Below are positions 1 to 11,563 of a DNA stretch of 64,000 bases, piece after piece (position 1 is the stretch's first letter; each line of letters opens with the position of its first letter). The notes under the pieces are model-generated. The model saw only the letters and a program-made list of their open reading frames with translations. It was not told where the DNA came from and searched no databases. The translations under genes and the position numbers were made by a program. The DNA is from the human T2T-CHM13v2.0 reference genome, Homo sapiens. Location of the stretch: the NCBI RefSeq assembly GCF_009914755.1, contig NC_060928.1; one strand, 5' to 3'.

Positions 1-213
1 TCAATTTAATGTGTATTACTTTTCTCAACCATGATGCTACCAGTCTTTTTCCTAGCTTATCGAAAGTTTGGATTTTAAGGTGGGATATAAAACTAGAACG
101 CAGCTGGCACATAGATAGGCATAGAGGGGCAGCGTGAATAAGTGAGTTGCTGTTGTGGATGATGTGGAAGTTATGAAAAGCTTGTGAAATAATTTCACTT
201 ACGATCTTTTTAG

Positions 214-360
214 TTATCTTCCAAACAAGACATTAGAGGAACAAAAACTGAGCAGTCTACAATAGGAACGACTAACCAAGGACAAGCACAGACAAATCTT
301 ACAATGAAGCAAGATAATGTAACAATTAAAGGTCTTCAGACTAATGTTAGCATACCAAAG
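214..360 (+). CDS. BLTP1: BLTP1 coding exon w1 (LSSKQDIRG...NVSIPK), 147 nt, phase 0-0
   Basis: tttttag|TTATCT ... CCAAAG|gtaaca; open frame. Confidence 0.9.
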
Positions 361-744
361 GTAACAATTTAATATTTAAAAATTTTTTCCTGAAAGAGGA
401 GAGCATTTTGATGGTGTTTGTCCTTTTCAGTTACCAACGTGAATAATGGTAGAACAGTGTGTAATATTAAAAAAATATGTTTTATTTCTATGATCTAATG
501 TAGATCTAATGGAATGTAAATAGTTTACTTAAGCAGAATATTAGGTAATAGTAGAATGTTCCACATCCATCCAGTAAAAATTTAATTATGATTATTTTAT
601 GAGAATCTGTATTCATAAGCTTTGTCTTCACTGTCAAATACATAGATATGCCATTCTTAACAGTAGTTTTTCATTTTTGTGCATATTTTATGTTTAAGTG
701 GTAATTTTTCACTTGTCAGTTCTGAAATTTTGTGTGTGTGTTAG

Positions 745-872
745 GTAAACTTATGTTTGTTACAAGCCTCAGTGGAAGAATCTCCAACTACGGCTCCTAG
801 TAGGAGTGTGACTCATGTTTCCCTAGTGGCATTGTGTTTTGACAGAATTGCTACACAGGTTCGCATGAACAG
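745..872 (+). CDS. BLTP1: BLTP1 coding exon w2 (VNLCLLQAS...QVRMNR), 128 nt, phase 0-2
   Basis: gtgttag|GTAAAC ... AACAG|gtaaga; phases match neighbours. Confidence 0.9.
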
Positions 873-1219
873 GTAAGAAATACTTTATTAATCTGAGCCA
901 TGATTATCTTGCTGGATGTAAAAGCAAGCCTTGATCATCTTTTCTTTTAAAAATACATTTCTAAGAATGTAATGTTAAAACTCAGAACTGGTTTTGGAAT
1001 TTCAAATCTTAATTTATAGATTAGTAACATATGTCTTTAAAAAATTTTTACTGTTTCTATTCATAGTATCTTTCAGTAAACATTGAATAATTTTTTACTA
1101 CTATTGGTGTATAATAGTAGAGTGTTTTGTTTTTTTTAAAGGAAACCTTTTAGGTAAATGTTTTCTCTGAACTGTATTATTTAAATGTTAAACATTTTAC
1201 TCTCTTTTTTTTCATAAAG

Positions 1220-1419
1220 AGGTGTGGTTGAAGAGACTTCAAACAATGCAGAACCTGGTAGAACATCAAATTTTGATAGGTATGTTCATGCCACAAAGAT
1301 GCAGCCTCAGTCATCTGGATCTCTCAGATCAAATGCTGGAGCAGAAAAAGGCAAAGAAATTGCAGCTAAGTTAAACATTCATCGAGTTCATGGGCAACTT
1401 AGGGGTCTTGATACAACAG
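1220..1419 (+). CDS. BLTP1: BLTP1 coding exon w3 (GVVEETSNN...RGLDTT), 200 nt, phase 2-1
   Basis: cataaag|AGGT ... ACAG|gtagga; overlaps ORF 1224..1472. Confidence 0.92.
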
Positions 1420-3546
1420 GTAGGATTCTACAACAAATATGTTTTTTCTTGGCATATATAAATGTAAGATGATTTTGCAGAAGGGAACATGTTTTTTTCC
1501 TTTGACTATTGCTACAATTCGGTATTCTATAAGAAAGAGAAAGGTATTTCTCCCTATATTGAACACGTGGTATTTAGCTACTTGTCACTCACATTCTGTA
1601 CAGAATAGAAAATAAACTTTGGTAAGAAAATTAAGTGGTATGGCCCCAAATTAGGAACTTCTATTTCCCATGTTTCTATTTCCCATGTGTTTTTTCCATG
1701 CTATTTACTTGCTCGTTATAGAACAGAGAAGACATGATCTTTATAGTCTTTCTTATTTTTTAAGTCATTCTGTTTGTAAAACAGTGTTAGAAAGAATTAA
1801 TTGTAATATTAATCAAAACCAGAGAGTCTGTAAAATACAGCAGCAATAAGGTGACACACATTCCTCTTAAAGTCCCTAGTTAGGTAAAAGGAAAGTAGAG
1901 CTGTTATACATCATTTTAATATTTTTGATTCTTATTTAGCACATTTTATCATTTAGATGCTTAAATGTTTTCAGAATGTCAGAGATTCAATTCAGAAAAA
2001 GTTAGATTTGCTAATCGTATTTGAGATGATTGCTCTGCTGAAATCTTTATGTGGGACTGGTGACCAATTCTGAGTAAACAAATGAATTCCCTGAATTTGC
2101 TTACTGTATTTTATAGGTTCTGAAGTTTCCATGATTCCTGTCTGCATTCTGGGTCTGTGTACCTGTTTTGACTTTCTCAAGGCTTATTTTTTTCATCCCA
2201 GGTGTGAGGCTGAAAGCATTTGACCTGAGGTTTTCAAGGGACTTTTCATGACTACCTAAGATCTGTAGTCCTAAAACTGGTGAAAAATGTGGTGGCTTGA
2301 GTGAAGACACTTTTATCAGCTCTGTAGTTTGCGTGGGTAACCAATTTGCACTGGGTATTATACAGACCATAAGCAGAACCTTATATAATTTTGAAAGGCA
2401 TTATCATGCAGAAAACACTCTCATTGAAGACAAAACTCCCAACGAAATTCCAAGGTGGACATTTCTGTAAAAATGTAGATGTCTTTGCTTATATGTACAT
2501 TAGTTATCTGCCAAAGGTTACTTAATAACCTCATAATATTTGTTACCCTTATAGGGAGGGGAACTAGGTGTCTGGTTGTGGTGTTAGAGGCTTTTCATTG
2601 CGTACTTTTTCATAATTTTTTGAACTTTGATACATCTGAATATGTATGGGATTAAAGACAAATACAAAAAAATTAAATAATGAGAAAATTATAGGAAAAT
2701 GTAGGTGAATGTTTATTCTCTGAATAAGACCTTTTAATTATAAATGCAAAGAATGACATTTCCATAGCATAGAATATTATATAGCTATTAAAATGATATC
2801 TTTGAAAAAATTTTAATGACCTGAGGAAATTATTTACTGTTGCATGAAAATGGGAGCCAAAGCTGGGTTTGCAAAGTGATCTCTAAAGGGCTAGAGTGCA
2901 GTGTACTTCAAATATAAACAAGTTCTCCTTGAATGGTAAATTTACATGTGTTTTTAATATTCTTTTTGTTTTTTTATATTCATTAGCAATAATCAGAGAG
3001 AGAAATGAAAAAAGTAAGATAAAGTAAAACTTCTCTCAGGCACTTGGGGTGTTAATTTCCACAGTGTATCTGTAAGCAGTGGAACCATGACAAGGTCTAT
3101 GATGAATTGTAGTTATGTAAAATATGTCAGTATAAAACAGTCTTTTAGTAAAAGCTATAATTTGCCTAGAAAATAATGTTTTTCCTAAGGCTTGGTAATT
3201 AATTGAATTTTTTTTTTATTTTGTGAGATGATGAAAGTATTTAAAACTACTGTGAAGATAAATTATTTAGGATATTTTTAACTTTATATTTTTTAGAGTA
3301 TCCTGTAATCATTCAGAAACAAATTCATACTACCTTTGAGCAACTTGTTAATCATAAAATCTTCTTTTCTTCCTCTTAGGCAGCATTATTCTAAAAGTTA
3401 GCTCATTTGCCTGTTTTTCTATCTTTTTGACAGAGCACTAAGATATCTTTTAAAGACAACCAGTGTGCCATATGTCCAAATGTTTGTGTTTTTTAATGTA
3501 AGCTTATGTCTTTAAAAATGGTCATTTTGCTCTCTTTTGATAATAG

Positions 3547-3744
3547 ACATTGGGACCTGTGCAATCACTGCTATTCCTTTTGAGAAGTCCAAAGTTTTAT
3601 TTACTCTTGAAGAGTTGGATGAATTTACTTTTGTGGATGAAACTGATCAGCAAGCTGTTCCAGATGTAACTCGAATAGGTCCCAGCCAAGAAAAATGGGG
3701 ATGGATAATGTTTGAATGTGGACTTGAAAATTTAACCATAAAAG
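3547..3744 (+). CDS. BLTP1: BLTP1 coding exon w4 (DIGTCAIT...ENLTIK), 198 nt, phase 1-1, GC donor
   Basis: aatag|ACATT ... AAAG|gcaagc; overlaps ORF 3537..3773; the next GT donor lies after an in-frame TAA. Confidence 0.88.
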
Positions 3745-4423
3745 GCAAGCATTTTTTATTGAATTCTGCTTAAGGTGGGGACAAATATGTCCTATATTGC
3801 AGAAATGTTTTGAACAATCATGGCTTTCAGTAACCTGAATCAACATAATAAAGCAGAAAGTGTGGTATCTGGGATTATTTACCGGGGGTGAGTGCCTCAT
3901 ACCAATTGCTTAAGTGGAGCTTTTCCTCCATTATGTGATTTCCAAAGTAGGTAGAGCTTGAAAAACAACAATATGTTTTTCCGAATAAATTCCCAAATAA
4001 AATATAAAGCCACCCAATTTTTTGAAACTTTGCATCTTTGAAAACTGGATCTTTGGTCAGTAGAATTATGCCATATAGGATATAAAAACTGTAAATTCTT
4101 TATTCAGCGAAAAATATCTACTTAGAATTATATTTGCTTTTTTATATATTCTTGAGTAATAGCTCAAAAAGGAAGGTTGAAATGTGTATAACACTTTTTT
4201 TAGGTTTAGTAATATATAATATAGTAACTACTATAAATAATAGTAGTTGTATATGCCTACAATTATTTACCTGATAATTCAGTGATACATTACTTTTATA
4301 GATTAGGGCAAAGACTTGGTGAGAAAAAAATAGTCTTTATGAAATTTTATACAGATATTGTAGAGTACAGCATTAAGACACTTATTCACCATTTATAATA
4401 AATGCTTTTTTTTATTTTTATAG
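3745..4423 (+). other. GC-AG (non-canonical donor) intron
   Basis: AAAG|GCAAGC is the donor that preserves the frame and the K-G-G-R-Q continuity into exon w5. Confidence 0.82.
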
Positions 4424-4635
4424 GAGGAAGACAGTCTGGTGCTGTTTTATATAACAGTTTTGGAATTATGGGTAAAGCTAGTGACACAGAAAGGGGTGGA
4501 GTGCTGACATCCAATAATTCTTCTGATTCTCCAACCGGCAGTGGCTATAATACTGATGTCTCTGATGATAATCTTCCATGTGACCGGACAAGCCCTTCCT
4601 CAGACTTAAATGGAAATTCTGTTTCAGATGAACAG
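4424..4635 (+). CDS. BLTP1: BLTP1 coding exon w5 (GGRQSGAV...SVSDEQ), 212 nt, phase 1-0
   Basis: ttttatag|GAGGA ... AACAG|gttagt; ORF 4402..4674. Confidence 0.92.
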
Positions 4636-5164
4636 GTTAGTGACTTTCTAATAGTAATAATAATGGTGCTTTAGAAAAATAACAAAGAAAACTACATATG
4701 CAATTCAAAATTAGTTTCTGGAGTGTATTTGCCTGTCTTTCCCTATTTTGGATTTATGATATCTGCTTAAATGTTAGTCAAAGTGTGTTGGTGAATATAC
4801 TACTAGAATATAATTTCCAAAGTATATCATAGATATATTTATATCCATCATAGTCCTAGCATTATGCCTTGCTCAAATTAGATACCTAATAAATATTTGT
4901 TGAATTAATAAATTAACAAAATTTAAGAGAAATCCACCTATAGGGTGTGGAGGATTTTAGCAGGCAGAAGTCATTTTGTTATTGGTAGTATTTTATGTCA
5001 GTTCTAAATATTTTTGTCAGTGTTTGCTTATTTCAGTTAAGAGTTCTGAATGGCACCTTATATTCAACTCACTTTTTATTTTTATTATGGTAGAATTACA
5101 TGGGTGGTGATGAGTACAGTAACAGCAACAACAAAAATATTCCAAATTTTTGGTTGAAGAAATG

Positions 5165-5340
5165 TCGTGCCACTAACTGGTGACCTGGGGCAAGTTCCTA
5201 ACCTTTTCCTAAGTCTCTTTACCTGTAATAGGAGTATGGTCATGTTATTGACCTTGCAGCGTTGTGAAGACTGAAGCAGGTAATATAATACATATGAAGG
5301 GCTTAGCTCAGTATGTAGTATGTAATAAGAATGTAGTAAC
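5165..5340 (+). mobile_element. MIR SINE fragment (approximate bounds)
   Basis: gtgacctggggcaagtt...cctgtaa...gttgtgaaga MIR core similarity. Confidence 0.6.
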
Positions 5341-5714
5341 TGTTGTTCTTAAACGTATGTACATATATTTCTGATCACTTTGAAAATTAGGCCAATTGGA
5401 GAGGAAAAAGTTCCAAAGAAACCACTTTTTAATTAGGAAGTCTAGTATGGGTATCTAGTAATCATGGGTATACTCACCTTTACCCCCCAGATTCCTAGGG
5501 ATTTATTTTTAAAACATTTGTTTTTATTTAATATGTAGTTTAATGAGTTTAATCACAGTTTTATTTTGGTGTCTTTGGAAATGTTTAGGGGATGGATTAT
5601 CACTTTAATTAAGGAAATTTAAAAATACAATAGCTACTCACTGGACAAAAGAGCTGAGAAAAGCCTAGCTGTTCTTTCCTTCTCCTTCACCTACTAAAAT
5701 ACTTGACAGAAATT

Positions 5715-6050
5715 CAGGCATCTTTCTTGATCTCTCAGATCCTACTCTTCTTGCTGAAAGCCCTTGAATTGGCTAACATTACTTTCTTTGGGTTCTCTGA
5801 CTTTATTGGTCCATTTCTTTATGGAATTTTTTCTTCTTCTTAAATGTGGTGGTTTCCTCAGGTTCTGTTCTTGGCTCTTCCTTTCTTCTTGCTATTTGTC
5901 TACTACTCCCTGATGAATTTCATTTCCTAGGTCAGTTCCGTAATTTAATGACACTTCTCTTTCCCACTGGCCACACCTTTAGCACCAGCTCTTCACCTGA
6001 GCTCCAGGATTGTGTTTAGTGGCCTTTTAGACATCATCATTTAGTATTTA
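5715..6050 (+). mobile_element. L2 LINE fragment (RT region; approximate bounds)
   Basis: tttcctcaggttctgttcttggc resembles the L2 GVPQGSVLG region; cacctgagctccag motif. Confidence 0.55.
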
Positions 6051-6061
6051 ACAGAGTCATG

Positions 6062-8160
6062 AAGCCTCCATTGCAGACCCTAGCTCCTGGACAACATTTC
6101 TAGACACACCCTAGGCCAGAAGGGAACCCACTGCATTGAAGGAAAGGACCCAGTCCTGGCAGGATCAATCACCTGCTGACTAAAGAGCCTTTGAGCCCTG
6201 AATAACCAGCAGCAGTACCCAGGTAGCATATCATGGGCCTTGGGTGACCCTCTACGATGTGCTGGTTTAGGTGTGACCTAGCACGTTCCTAGCTGTGGTG
6301 GCTATAGTGAGAGATTCTTTCTGCTTGAGAAAGCAGAGGGAGAAGTAATGGGGACTTTGTCTTGCACCTTAGATGCCAGCACAGCCACAATGTGCAGAGC
6401 ACTAAGCAGGCTCTTGGGGTACCTGATTTCAGGACATGGCTCCTGGATGGCATTTCTGGACCTGCCCTGGGTCAGCAGGGAGCCCACTGTCCTGAAGGGT
6501 GAGTTTCAGGCCTGGCAGCATTCACCACAAGCTGACAGAACAGCCCTTGGGCCTTAAGTGAACATCAGTGGTAGTGTGACAGTACTCCCCATGGGCCTGT
6601 GATGGTGGTGGCCATGGGGTAAGGATTCTCTGCCTGTGGAAAGGGGAGGGAAGAGTGGGAAGGTCTGTGTCTTGTGATATGAGTGCCAGCTCAGCCATGG
6701 TAGAATAAAACACCAAGTAGATTTATAAGGTTTTTGTCTCCAGTTGTTGGCTCCTGGATAGCATCTCTAGACCTGCCCAGAGCCTGGCGAACTCGCCACC
6801 CTGAAGGGAAAGACACAAGCCTGGCTGGCTTCGCCACCTGCTGATTGTACAGCTCTAGGTCTGTGAGCAAACGTAGGCAGAAGCCAGGTAGTGGTTACAG
6901 GGGGCCCTGGGTGAGACCCAGTGCTATGCTGGCTTCAGGTCTAACCCCACACAGTTCCACTGGTGGTAGCCACAGGGGTGCTTGTGTCACTGCACCAGCT
7001 CCAGGAAGCTCAGCACACACAGAGAGAGACTCTGCTTGGGAGAAAGTAAGGGAAGATAATAAGAGCCTCTGTCTGGTAATCCAGAGAATCTTCTGGATCT
7101 TATCCAAGACCACCAAGGTGGTACCTCTATAAGTTGCAAGAACAGTGATACAGGGCTTGGGATGCCCCCTAATGCAGATATGACTTTGCTGACCAGAAAC
7201 TTATAACACCCAAGTCCCTTTGAATACCTGAAAAGCCTTCCCAAGAAGGATGGGTACAAACAAGCCCAGAGTGTGAAGACTACAATAAACACCTAACTCT
7301 TCAATGCCCAGACATTGATGAACGTCCACAAACATCAAAAACAGCCAGCAAACTACGACCTCACCAAATGAATTAAATAAGGCACCAGAGACTAATCCCA
7401 GAGAAGCAGATGTGTGACCTTTCAGACAAAGAATTCAAAATAACTGTGTTGAGGAAAGTCAGAGAAATTCAAGGTAACACAGAGAAGGGATTCAGAATCT
7501 TATTAGATAAATTTGACAAATAATTAAAAAGAATCCAGCAGAAATTCTAGAGTTGAAAAATCCAAGTGACATAGTGAAGAATGCATCAGAGTCTCTTAAC
7601 AGCAAAATTGTTCAAGCAGAAGAAAGAATTAATGAGCTTGAAGACAGACTGTTTGAAAATACATAGAGGAGACAAAAGAAAAAAGGAATGAAAAAGAACG
7701 AAGCATGCCTACAAGATCTAGAAAATAGCCTCAAAAGGGCAAATCTAATAGTTACTGGCCTTAAAGAGAAGGTAGAGAAAGACGGGTGGAAAGTTTGTTT
7801 AAAGGGGTAACAACAGAGAACTTCCCAAACCTTGAGAAAGATATCAATATTCAAGTACAAGAAGGTAGAGAATACCGAGCAGATTTAAACCAATTAAGAC
7901 TACCTCAGGATATTTAATCATTAAACTCCCAAAGATCAAGCATAAAGAAAGGATCCCAAAAGCAGCAAGAGAAAAGAAACAAATAACATACGATGGAGCT
8001 CTGATAAAACTGGCAGCAGACTTTTCAGTGGAATCTTTACAGGCCAGGAGAGAGTGGCATGACATATTTAAAGTGCTGAAGGAAAAACACTTTTAAAAGA
8101 ATAGTATATCTGGCAAAAATATCCTTCAAACCTGAAGGAGAAGTAAAGACTTTCCCAGAC
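6062..8160 (+). mobile_element. Old L1 5' end (5'UTR plus decayed ORF1; L1M1/L1M2-type), truncated inside ORF1
   Basis: GC-richer 5'UTR followed by A-rich ORF1 remnants (agaattcaaaataactgtgttgagg; gcagacttttcagtggaa; caggccaggagagagtggcatgacatatt). Confidence 0.82.
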
Positions 8161-8261
8161 TTGATTTGATGAAAAGGTTTTGCACTTAAAACATTAGCCT
8201 CTGTGTTAGTGGTTTTAAGGGGCTGTATGTTAATAAGTTTTTGGCATTCTATTTTATATAG

Positions 8262-8413
8262 GATGAAGGAGTCGAATCTGATGATTTGAAAAAAGATCTA
8301 CCTCTGATGCCTCCTCCTCCAGATTCATGTAGCATGAAGTTGACCATTAAAGAAATTTGGTTTAGTTTTGCAGCTCCCACCAATGTGAGATCTCACACAC
8401 ATGCATTTTCTAG
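8262..8413 (+). CDS. BLTP1: BLTP1 coding exon w6 (DEGVESDD...HAFSR), 152 nt, phase 0-2
   Basis: tatatag|GATGAA ... TCTAG|gtaaag; open frame. Confidence 0.92.
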
Positions 8414-8872
8414 GTAAAGAGTTTTTAAAATATAGTAGTATCGCTTGATGTTTCTTTATTTTAAATAGTATACAATTCTGTTTCATATTTTTAAAAATTA
8501 CTTTTCTGGTATATATAGTATTAAGGTTGCAACTTTTTCATCATTCTTACTTCATATGTTCTGTAGACATTAGTCTTACCTTGTTTGACCCAATTTCTTT
8601 CATAGTACTTTAGTTTTATTTTTATATGTTCCTCTGCCTTAGACTTTTGTTTACTCTTTTTATCTCTGACAGGCTTTTTTTTTTCTTTCTTTTCTATTGT
8701 CCATTTTTTTTTAACATTTCTTAGTTATGCTTTCATAATTTATCAGTGCTCAAAAAGAAAAGAAATTAATTTTGCCTGAGTAAAACAACCACTAAGTACA
8801 GTAGGTATGGGAGATTGTTTGGAATACAAATTTTGACACTTGTTTTTATAATTTTTTATTTATGTTAAAAAG

Positions 8873-9023
8873 GCAGCTGAACCTTTTAAGCACTGCAACA
8901 CCAGCTGTTGGTGCATGGCTTGTTCCCATTGACCAACTCAAGTCATCTTTAAACAAATTGGAAACTGAGGGAACCTTGAGAATTTGTGCTGTTATGGGAT
9001 GCATAATGACAGAAGCATTAGAG
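8873..9023 (+). CDS. BLTP1: BLTP1 coding exon w7 (QLNLLSTA...TEALE), 151 nt, phase 2-0
   Basis: ttaaaaag|GCAG ... TAGAG|gtatgt; open frame. Confidence 0.9.
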
Positions 9024-9198
9024 GTATGTCTTTAAATAATACAAGGTATTATACAAACTTTAGTATTGAAAATGACCCCTTATTGTTAATCATTATTGGA
9101 AAATATCAGATTTACAAGTTCTTAATTACTGAATGTCTTTTATTTGTAGGCTCTTTCATACCTATCACTCTAAATCTATTGTTGTTTCTTGATTTTAG

Positions 9199-9351
9199 AA
9201 TAAAAGTGTACATTTTCCCCTAAGAAGTAAATACAACAGGCTTACAAAAGTTGCTCGCTTTCTCCAAGAAAATCCTTCATGTTTACTATGTAATATACTA
9301 CACCACTATCTGCACCAGGCAAATTACTCCATCATTGATGATGCTACAATG
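9199..9351 (+). CDS. BLTP1: BLTP1 coding exon w8 (NKSVHFPL...DDATM), 153 nt, phase 0-0
   Basis: attttag|AATAAA ... CAATG|gtaagt; open frame. Confidence 0.92.
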
Positions 9352-9462
9352 GTAAGTTACTGAAACTACATTAGTTTTAAGGAATTCTCTATTCTGTTGG
9401 TGGACCACTGATACACAGGGTTTGAGATGCATGTGAGAATGGTTAGAAATACAAGTCTATAG

Positions 9463-9743
<281 letters not shown>

Positions 9744-9749
9744 CTATAG

Positions 9750-10060
9750 ACAAAGAGTGTGCTCAGACTAATGATTTGGGAGTTGCCAGCATAAAGGTGT
9801 TAGTAGAAGCTGTAGACATGGATGAGATTTCCAGGAATGCTATGTTGGGTAAGAAATTGCTCAGGGATGGAATCCTGAAGAAAGCCAAAATTAAAGGGGG
9901 TGTAGGTGGTTGGATAGGGATACACCAAGTGATGGGAAGGGAAAGAAAGAGGTAGGAGAACTAGGAAAGAGTGATGTCTTGGAAGCTAAAGGTATAAAGA
10001 GTTTTTAAGCAAGAGAATAATCACCAGAGCCAAATTTCACATACAGTTTGATGAAACAGG
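9750..10060 (-). mobile_element. L2 fragment, interrupted by the preceding Alu (approximate bounds)
   Basis: gatttgggagttgccagcata...atggatgagatttccagg...tcttggaagctaaagg resembles antisense L2. Confidence 0.55.
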
Positions 10061-11109
10061 GACTAATTGATGATTGAGGGGAGAATATACAATCACACAA
10101 AATAAATACAATCCATCTCTGCCTCTGGAAAAGCAGATAACATCATGATTAGAGTTTTAGAACTTTTAGGATCTCTCTTCTCCAAGTTGCTGGCCAATAG
10201 GGGACACACAAGAATCTTTAGTCAAATTAGGGACCAATGTATCAGTATTATTAATGGCCAGTCAAGCCATTGTTCAGGCAAGTCAAGAATCTCTAGTAAG
10301 TGTTGGATTTGAAAAAGACACTTAGACCTAAGGCTGGTGTAGTACTTTTTACTCCCTCCCTGTGAATTGAAGACTGGGAAATCTACAGTTTAAGCCTAAC
10401 TTGCCTGTGTAGTTATAGGTAGAGAAGCTTGAACAGAGAGAATGGCAGGTGTTTCCCATGGATGGATGCTCTGCCAGATGTGTTTTCCATGTAAGAGGAA
10501 GAGGCACAACATGGCCGTCATGCAAGGCTGGGAATGAAAGGAGAGGCTAGTGGACTTGGTGTTCCTCAGAAAGTAAACGGGGTGATTCCTGCCTTCTAGT
10601 AAATAGTGCTCTTCAATCAAATTAACCATTTCTCCTAAAATGAGGAATGATAGGAAACAGGATGGAGAGGAGTTAGATATTTTTCTCTTTCTTTAGGCTA
10701 AGGCAAGGTAATTAGACTAAGGTAACAGGAAAAGAGCCAAAAGTTTCTTTCTTACAATCATCACCATGTGGAATAAAATGTATTTTAAACTATATAATTA
10801 TTACTGATAATACAGTTAACTTTCAAGGCAGTTACAAATTCATCTATGTCTAGCATACTACATAAGTTATAGTAATTTATTTTTTTAAATGTTAACACAA
10901 TGGTAGTTACCTAATCTTTGAAGGAAATAATTTTACTTCCTCTTTGCTTATTGAATGTTCCAAGTAGCTCAAAATGCATTTTGATTCTTCACTTGGGCAA
11001 AATAAGTAAAGTTGATTGAATGCTTCTTAAGGAAAATTCCAACTTTGCACTCCACATCTAGTATCATATTGACCTGTGCTATTGTGTTGTTTTATGACAC
11101 AAAGATGAA

Positions 11110-11290
11110 ACGTTGTGCCTAGAGATTAGATTCTGTAGTCTACATTATAATTGAAATCCTGACTCTCTTGGGTAACTTTGAACAAATTACTTAACATCTA
11201 AGTTTTAATTTCTTTATCTCTAAATGAGTATTATGAGATTTGAATAAATACATGCAAAGCACTTAAATGGTAACTGATATTATTACATTA
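11110..11290 (+). mobile_element. MIR fragment (approximate bounds)
   Basis: ttgaaatcctgactct...actttgaacaaattacttaac...catgcaaagcactta. Confidence 0.55.
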
Positions 11291-11322
11291 GATTACTTCT
11301 AACCACATGATTATTGTTACAG

Positions 11323-11563
11323 AGCGATGGACTTCCTGCTTTGGTAACTTTGAAGAAAGGTTTAGTTGCACTGGCAAGGCAGTGGATGAAGTTTATTGTG
11401 GTGACACCAGCCTTTAAAGGAGTTAGCTTACATAGACCAGCTCAGCCTCTGAAACCTCAAATAGCTATGGACCATGAACATGAAGATGGACTTGGATTGG
11501 ACAATGGGGGTGGTCTTCAAAGTGATACCAGTGCTGATGGAGCAGAATTTGAGTTCGATGCAG
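11323..11563 (+). CDS. BLTP1: BLTP1 coding exon w9 (SDGLPALV...EFEFDA), 241 nt, phase 0-1
   Basis: gttacag|AGCGAT ... GCAG|gtagtt; ORF 11314..11586. Confidence 0.92.

Noticed and set aside
4421-4426. NAGNAG tandem acceptor TAG|GAG at exon w5 (also AAG|GAG at w16)
   Set aside because: Distal GAG acceptors are rarely used.
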